64,000 nt of DNA, taken from Longimicrobiales bacterium. Lineage in GTDB: Bacteria > Gemmatimonadota > Gemmatimonadetes > Longimicrobiales > Gaopeijiaceae. Below the pieces are notes generated by a model. The model worked only from the letters and a program-made list of their open reading frames with translations, had not been told where the DNA came from and ran no database searches. The stretch is from contig CBDDCX010000008.1 of the NCBI GenBank assembly GCA_965226375.1, forward strand, positions 1,184,001 to 1,248,000, in the 5' to 3' direction. This document shows positions 58,411 to 64,000 of this stretch, piece after piece. The number at the start of each line of letters is the position of its first letter. Position 1 is the first letter of the stretch. Position numbers and translations under genes: made by a program.

Positions 58411-59203
58411 TGTCCCGGATGAAGGTCAGGAGGTGCCGTACCTCAGGGATCTGCGGTACCTCCTCCTCGGCCTTGGCCAGCGCGTTGGTCAGGGTGAGTT
58501 TGGATTGGAAGAGGGTTCGGTACGCCTGCTTGAGGGCCCGTTTCACGTCCTCGGACACCCCCCGCCGTTCCAGACCGACCGTGTTCAGACCGTAGAGCTT
58601 GGCCGGGTTTCCGGCGACTCGGAGGTAAGGCGGAATATCCTGTGGAATGCGGGATCCGCCGCCGCAGAACGAGTGAGCGCCGATACGTACGAACTGATGG
58701 ATGGCCGTGACGCCGCCTATGATGACCCAGTCCTCGATGGTCACATGACCCGCCATGTTCACGGCGTTCGACAGGATGACGTGATTGCCGATCTCACAAT
58801 CGTGAGCGACGTGGGCATATGCCATGATCAAGCAGTCACTTCCGACTACCGTCTTGCGGGACGCGCGTGTACCTCGGTTGAGGGTCGCGTACTCGCGGAT
58901 CACGGTTCGGTCCCCGACGTATAGGTGAGACGCCTCACCCTCGTATTTCAGATCCTGCGGGTCCGTACCCAGCACCGCGCCCTGTGCGATCTGGCACTGT
59001 TCCCCGACGGTCGTGTCGCGCTCCACGAGTACATGACTGCCAATGATCGTCCCACTCCCTACCGAGACCCCGGGTCCGATGATGGAGTACGGTCCCACCA
59101 CCACATCCGGCCCAAAGCGCGCTCCAGCATCGACGATCGCCGTCGGGTGAACATCGACATCCATCCCGTCACCACCCCCATCACCCCAAGATGTATCACT
59201 CAT
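58388..59203 (-). CDS. lpxA: Acyl-ACP--UDP-GlcNAc O-acyltransferase
   Basis: HPTAIVD, PQDLKY, IREYATLNRGT, HVAHDC, HQF.RIG, GLN.VGL.RRG. Confidence 0.96.
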   Translation of the reverse strand: MSDTSWGDGGGDGMDVDVHPTAIVDAGARFGPDVVVGPYSIIGPGVSVGSGTIIGSHVLVERDTTVGEQCQIAQGAVLGTDPQDLKYEGEASHLYVGDRTVIREYATLNRGTRASRKTVVGSDCLIMAYAHVAHDCEIGNHVILSNAVNMAGHVTIEDWVIIGGVTAIHQFVRIGAHSFCGGGSRIPQDIPPYLRVAGNPAKLYGLNTVGLERRGVSEDVKRALKQAYRTLFQSKLTLTNALAKAEEEVPQIPEVRHLLTFIRDSERGITT

Positions 59204-60483
59204 CGATCCATTATCCTCGCCATTAAGTCCGCCTCCGCCACCACCTTACCGTCTACCCGCCCCACCCCTCGGATCTTACACACATTCCTCCGGAACTGAA
59301 CCATCTTGACCTCGAAGACCAACTGATCCCCGGGAATCACGGGCTTTCTCCACTTCACGTTATTCAGAGACATGAAGTAGACGATCTTATCCTCGGGGTC
59401 GGCTACCGTGTCCATCAACAGAAGCCCCCCCACCTGCGCCATCGCTTCGATGATCAGCACCCCCGGCATGATGGGATGCCCGGGAAAATGCCCCTGAAAG
59501 AACGGCTCGTTGATCGTCACGTTCTTGATTCCGACGATCCTCTTACCCGACTCGAATTCCAGAACCCGATCCACGAGAAGGAACGGATACCGGTGGGGCA
59601 AATACTCCATGATGCGTTGGACTTCCACGGGGTATTCAGACCCTCCCTTGCGCGCATGATCCTTCAACGCCTTGGCCAAGGCTATGTTCCCCTCGTGGCT
59701 GGGCCTTTCCGAAACGATGTGCCCACGCACCCGCCCACCGATGAGGGCCAGATCGCCGATCAGGTCGCCCACCTTATGGCGAAGGAACTCGTCCTCGAAC
59801 CTGAGGCTGTCATTCATGACGCCGTCCTCGTTCAGGACGACCGTGTTCTCGAGTGAAGCGCCCTGGGCGAGCCCCCGGGCTTTCAACTCCTCGGCATCAC
59901 TATGGAAACCAAAGGTACGTGCGGAGGCAATTTCGCTGCGAAACGCTTCTTGCGTAACGTCGAACGTGCCGAATTGGCGACCGATGGCCTCGTGCTCGAA
60001 GTCGATGGTAGCAGAGATGCGTAGGTCTTCGGCGGGCGTCGCGACGTACGACGCGCCCGTATCGAGTCCCACGGTCAAAGGCTTCTTCACGGTGACAAGC
60101 TGAGAAGGCTCTTCGAGATCGACGGCGCCGACCTCCAAGATGGCGTCCAGGTAGTGCTGAAAGCTGCCATCGAGGATCGGGGGCTCCGGACCGCTGAGCT
60201 CCAGAACGGCATTGTCGATACACGCCGCGGCAAGGGCGGCCATGACGTGCTCTACCGTCAGGACTGTAGCGTCACCATTCCCGAGGCTCGTTCCCAGGTC
60301 CGTTCCCACGACGTGGTCCAGATCCGCGGGCACGTCGGGGCGCCCCTCCAGGTCGACGCGCCGAAAGCGGATTCCGCCGTCCGCCGCCGGCTTCATGACC
60401 AGCGTCGCGGGCTCCCCGGAATGCACGCCGATACCCTCGAGGGTTCGCTCGCCACCTAGTGTGCGCTGTTTGGGACAGTCCAT
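59200..60483 (-). CDS. lpxC/fabZ: Bifunctional LpxC deacetylase / FabZ dehydratase
   Basis: GIGVHSG, TVEH, DGS, ARTFGF, HK.GD..GDL; then LPHRYPFLLVD, NEPFFQGHFP..PGVLIIEAMAQ. Confidence 0.95.
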   Translation of the reverse strand: MDCPKQRTLGGERTLEGIGVHSGEPATLVMKPAADGGIRFRRVDLEGRPDVPADLDHVVGTDLGTSLGNGDATVLTVEHVMAALAAACIDNAVLELSGPEPPILDGSFQHYLDAILEVGAVDLEEPSQLVTVKKPLTVGLDTGASYVATPAEDLRISATIDFEHEAIGRQFGTFDVTQEAFRSEIASARTFGFHSDAEELKARGLAQGASLENTVVLNEDGVMNDSLRFEDEFLRHKVGDLIGDLALIGGRVRGHIVSERPSHEGNIALAKALKDHARKGGSEYPVEVQRIMEYLPHRYPFLLVDRVLEFESGKRIVGIKNVTINEPFFQGHFPGHPIMPGVLIIEAMAQVGGLLLMDTVADPEDKIVYFMSLNNVKWRKPVIPGDQLVFEVKMVQFRRNVCKIRGVGRVDGKVVAEADLMARIMDR

Positions 60484-60629
60484 GCCGGGCCTCTGTTACC
60501 GGGCCGCAACGTGCTCGCAGCCCCGTCGAAGTCGATCCCCTCGGGCTAGCCGCAGCCGTTCCGGGGCGTCGCAAGTAGAGCAATGAAATATAACGAGTTT
60601 GAAGGAGCCATTCTATTCCGGGGATCGTT

Positions 60630-61688
60630 CTATTCCGGGGCTTCTCCTGTTCCGCCAAGCTGCAGGGCCCTTTCCATTTTCCGTACACGCTGCCGAAGGT
60701 CGGCAAGGCGGTACAGTGCGGCCGTGGCCCGATGGAAGTCTTTGATGGGTCTAGCCGGGCAGCCAAAAACCGTCTCTCCAGCCGGCACGTCTTCGATAAT
60801 TCCCGCCTGACCACCCACCTTGACCCCGTCACCGATCTCTACATGATCGGCGGCGCCAGACTGCCCCCCCCACATCGTACCGGCCCCAATGCTCGTCGAA
60901 CCCGCGATACCCACCTGCCCCGCCAGGAAGCTGTTGGGTCCGATCGTCACGTTGTGCGCGATGTGCACCAGGTTGTCGAGCTTGGTCTGATTACCGAGTT
61001 CGGTACGGCCGATGGAGCCCCGATCGATGCAGCTGTTCGCGCCGACTTCCACGTCGTCCCCAATCACACAATGACCGACATGGGGAATCTTCTTCATCCC
61101 GCCGTCACTAGACGTATAGCCAAAGCCATCCACACCGATGCGTGCTCCTGCGTGGAGAACGACCCGATCACCCACCAGCACCTGAGGATAGAGCACTACG
61201 TGGGGGTGCAGTACCGTATCCGCGCCGATCCTCGCACCCTGTCGGACCACGACGTGAGCGTGGAGGGTGGCCCGGTCACCGATGACGACCTCGTCTTCGA
61301 CCACCACGTAAGGGCCTATACAGACGTCGAGGCCGAGTCGAACCCCGTCGCCCATCACCGCCGTGGGATGCGTACCGGGCCGGCGAGGCGGTTCGGGATG
61401 GAAGTGGCCGAGGAGGACGACCATGGCTTCACGAGGATCCTCGACGACCAAACGGTTAGACGCATCGACCACTTCGACGTCGAGCTCTTCGGATATCAGC
61501 AGCGCGCCTGCCTCGCTCTCCGGCAACGTCTCCAGATACGCGCGATCGGCGAGCAGTCCCAACTCGGTTGGCCCAGCATTCGCGAGGGTGGCGATGCCCT
61601 GGATGGACAGGTCGACATTGCCCACGACGCGTCCATCCACGAGGGACGCCAGATCGCCCAGAGTACGTTGCGCAGGACCGGACGCCAC
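60630..61688 (-). CDS. lpxD: UDP-3-O-acylglucosamine N-acyltransferase
   Basis: Hexapeptide repeats; DGFGY, KIPH.G, GAN.CIDRG, KLDNLVHIAHN. Confidence 0.95.
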   Translation of the reverse strand: MASGPAQRTLGDLASLVDGRVVGNVDLSIQGIATLANAGPTELGLLADRAYLETLPESEAGALLISEELDVEVVDASNRLVVEDPREAMVVLLGHFHPEPPRRPGTHPTAVMGDGVRLGLDVCIGPYVVVEDEVVIGDRATLHAHVVVRQGARIGADTVLHPHVVLYPQVLVGDRVVLHAGARIGVDGFGYTSSDGGMKKIPHVGHCVIGDDVEVGANSCIDRGSIGRTELGNQTKLDNLVHIAHNVTIGPNSFLAGQVGIAGSTSIGAGTMWGGQSGAADHVEIGDGVKVGGQAGIIEDVPAGETVFGCPARPIKDFHRATAALYRLADLRQRVRKMERALQLGGTGEAPE

Positions 61689-61691
61689 GGG

Positions 61692-62213
61692 TCAGCCTCC
61701 TTGGGCCAACCTCTGGATCACGGTATCCGTCAGGTCGAGAGTCTCATCCGCCGCGATCAACCCGCCCGCCGAGACATCGAAGATGAACGTATAGGAGCCC
61801 TCCTCACGGATGTCCTGGATGATGCTGTTGATACGTTCCATGATGGGTGCCACCAACTCCTGCTGGCGCCGAGCGGCCTCGGCCTCGATCTCTCCCATAC
61901 GAGCTTGATACTGCTGCTGCTTTTGGACGATCTGCTGCTGCCGGTTTCTTCGAACATCGGGACTCAACGTGACCTGCTGCGCAGAATAACGACTCATCAG
62001 TTCGCCGATCTCGGCCTCGAGGGCCTGTAGCTCACTCTCGAGCGGCACCATCTCCCTCTGGAACTGTTCCTGAGCGGCGAGAGCCTCAGAACTCTCGGCC
62101 ACGATCGCCGATGAGTTGATATAACCGATCTTGAGGCCACCATCCGCACCCTGCGCGCTAGCAACTCCACCCGGAAGAAGGAGCGAACAAATGAAGAGAA
62201 GAACTCGTCGCAT
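61692..62213 (-). CDS. skp: Periplasmic chaperone Skp/OmpH
   Basis: Signal peptide, KIGYINS, long coiled coil, DLT..VI; lies between bamA and lpxD. Confidence 0.88.
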   Translation of the reverse strand: MRRVLLFICSLLLPGGVASAQGADGGLKIGYINSSAIVAESSEALAAQEQFQREMVPLESELQALEAEIGELMSRYSAQQVTLSPDVRRNRQQQIVQKQQQYQARMGEIEAEAARRQQELVAPIMERINSIIQDIREEGSYTFIFDVSAGGLIAADETLDLTDTVIQRLAQGG

Positions 62214-62230
62214 AAAAAGATACTCCCTGA

Positions 62231-64000
62231 TCAGAACCCACCGCCGCCGAGGTTGAAGTGTAGCTGCCAACCCGGCTCCGGCTTGTCGAAGCCGTAGGCG
62301 TAATCCAGCCCAACGGGCCCGAACGGGGTCACCAACAGAATCCCGATGCCCGCACCTCGATTCAACTTAGTCGGGTCCATTTCGCCGGGATGGCGCCAGA
62401 CGTTACCCGCATCGAAGAAGACCGATGCCGAAAGAGAGGCTCCCATCCGCAACGCGAGCTCGGTGGTCATGGAGAAGAAGGCAGTACCGAGGCGGTCGAT
62501 GTCGAGAATCTCCCGGGACTGCTCCGGAAAATACCCCTCGGGCGTTATGGTGGTCTCGTCATAACCTCTGAGCTGTTCACCGAACTGGACTCCACCCATC
62601 CAGAAACGCTCGAAGGGAAACGCCTCGCTGTCTCCCTGGACGGCACCGGTTCGGAAGGTCGTACCCAGCGCAAACGTCAGGCCCGAGCCCGGTTGGTTCG
62701 GATCACCACCCGACGTACCCACCGGTATCCACCAAGCGCCCTCGGCTGTCGTCTTGATGTACCTTCCGTCACCCTGCAGAACCCCACCTGTGAAATCCAC
62801 GTTCACCGCCTGACGCCCACCTACCGTCGGGAACAGAGGGTGATTCAGCGTGGACCGCGTAAGGCCGATAGAAATCGTGCTCTGAGTCGCCGACGGGCGA
62901 CCGAACAAGGACTGATCGGAGGTAGCGCTTTGGAGAGTGTATTTCGTTCGCGAGAGCCCGTAGCCGGCAAAAAAACGGGTGAAGCGCGCACCGGGGATCG
63001 GGAATCCGAACCGGAGTCCTACACCGGCCCGTTTCCGCTGTCCGGACTGAAAGCTGATGAATCGATCACGGGCGTTGAAAATGTTTAGCGACCCACTCAC
63101 CAAGCTCTCGAAGATGCCCGGATCCGAATAGCTGAGTGTTTGGTTATTGGCGTATCGGCCAAAATCCCACCGAACGCTCCCGGACTTACCTTTGCCGAAC
63201 AGGTTGGGCTGATCGTAGCCGACGAACCCGGCCACACCCGTCCTGCCCCCGACGGAAGTACCGAAGTTGATCGCTCCGGTCGGCTTCTCGGTCACTCTGA
63301 AGGTGACGTCCACGTCGCCGTTTTCGTTGGGAACGATGGACGGCACGTCCATGGGTGCATCGAAGTAACCGAGTGAGGAGATACTCTGGAAGCTCTGAAT
63401 GATGCGTTCCTGCGAGTACACGTCCCCCGGAAGGATGAAGATCTTGTCGCGGATGACCCGATCATACGTGTACTCGTTGCCCTCGATGTCGACTCTCGAG
63501 ATATAGGCCTGAGGACCCTCTCTAATCGTCCAGCCCACGTTGACCGTGGCGGGCTCGCCCTCCTGAGCAGGGTTCCGGTTCACGTACGGAACAATCTGAG
63601 AGTGGATGTACCCTTCGTTCTGATAGAGCAGCGCCACCTCAGACGTAGCGGCTTGGAAAGCGATCGAGTCGAAGACCGGAAGCTGGTCCTCTCCGAGAAC
63701 AGTCGTGAAAAGACCCGACTCTTCGGGTTCGAAAAATCCCTGCAGCCGGTCCGTTGGAAATTCTCGGTTCCCCGTGACGGAAAGGTCAGCGAGACGATAT
63801 TCAGTACCCTCTTCCACGGTGATCTCGATACGCGTCTTCCCGGTGGTCGGATCGATGATCAGCGAATCCCCTACCACCTTAAAATCCAGATAACCTCGTG
63901 CGGCGTAGTGGTCCGGGAGGTGTACATAGAGGTCCTCATCGAGGGCCTCACGATCGTATGAACCCGGACTCCACCACCAGAAGCCTTCCGGCCTTACGGA
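62231..64000 (-). CDS. bamA: Outer membrane protein assembly factor BamA (5' part outside the window)
   Basis: POTRA motifs (I.V.EG, GN.YT.D.VIR), NLFG.G, LRGY, FFDAGNVW, TPFGPVGLDYAYG, terminal F. Confidence 0.93.
   Translation of the reverse strand, partial: SVRPEGFWWWSPGSYDREALDEDLYVHLPDHYAARGYLDFKVVGDSLIIDPTTGKTRIEITVEEGTEYRLADLSVTGNREFPTDRLQGFFEPEESGLFTTVLGEDQLPVFDSIAFQAATSEVALLYQNEGYIHSQIVPYVNRNPAQEGEPATVNVGWTIREGPQAYISRVDIEGNEYTYDRVIRDKIFILPGDVYSQERIIQSFQSISSLGYFDAPMDVPSIVPNENGDVDVTFRVTEKPTGAINFGTSVGGRTGVAGFVGYDQPNLFGKGKSGSVRWDFGRYANNQTLSYSDPGIFESLVSGSLNIFNARDRFISFQSGQRKRAGVGLRFGFPIPGARFTRFFAGYGLSRTKYTLQSATSDQSLFGRPSATQSTISIGLTRSTLNHPLFPTVGGRQAVNVDFTGGVLQGDGRYIKTTAEGAWWIPVGTSGGDPNQPGSGLTFALGTTFRTGAVQGDSEAFPFERFWMGGVQFGEQLRGYDETTITPEGYFPEQSREILDIDRLGTAFFSMTTELALRMGASLSASVFFDAGNVWRHPGEMDPTKLNRGAGIGILLVTPFGPVGLDYAYGFDKPEPGWQLHFNLGGGGF

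Overview
GC-rich bacterial window. The gene families and gene order suggest Gemmatimonadota (Longimicrobiales-like); this is inference, not a database result. There are three zones. (1) 1-9.9 kb holds secreted and periplasmic functions: a DUF3179 lipoprotein, an FG-GAP/choice-of-anchor-B protein, a Tat-exported aminotransferase next to an M19 dipeptidase, a TolB-like/TPR protein, a cupin and hspQ. (2) About 8.6-32.3 kb is a decayed accessory region around tRNA-Arg(CCT). It contains nested IS3/IS21 elements with recoverable target duplications, two IS1595, one IS256, tandem Ser/Thr kinase-beta-propeller genes, a truncated McrA-like HNH nuclease, a tyrosine-integrase relic and a 43-bp duplication of the 5' half of the tRNA. 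(3) 33-64 kb is core genome: pcm-surE-merR-gpsA-plsY-der, a duplicated tRNA-Gly(CCC), uvrC, murJ, bshC, rlmH and a bamA-skp-lpxD-lpxC/fabZ-lpxA-(gnnA-like)-lpxB-(DUF374)-lpxK lipid A cluster. The most striking unexplained signal is four short, non-identical copies of the 5' end of the kinase gene family, each sitting at a junction between unrelated genes. Two of them share a conserved upstream motif, and two otherwise divergent kinase genes share an identical 34-bp 3' end. This suggests kinase gene ends act as a recombination or gene-capture platform. Several single-base frameshifts in homopolymers may be sequencing errors. No CRISPR array or rRNA was seen.
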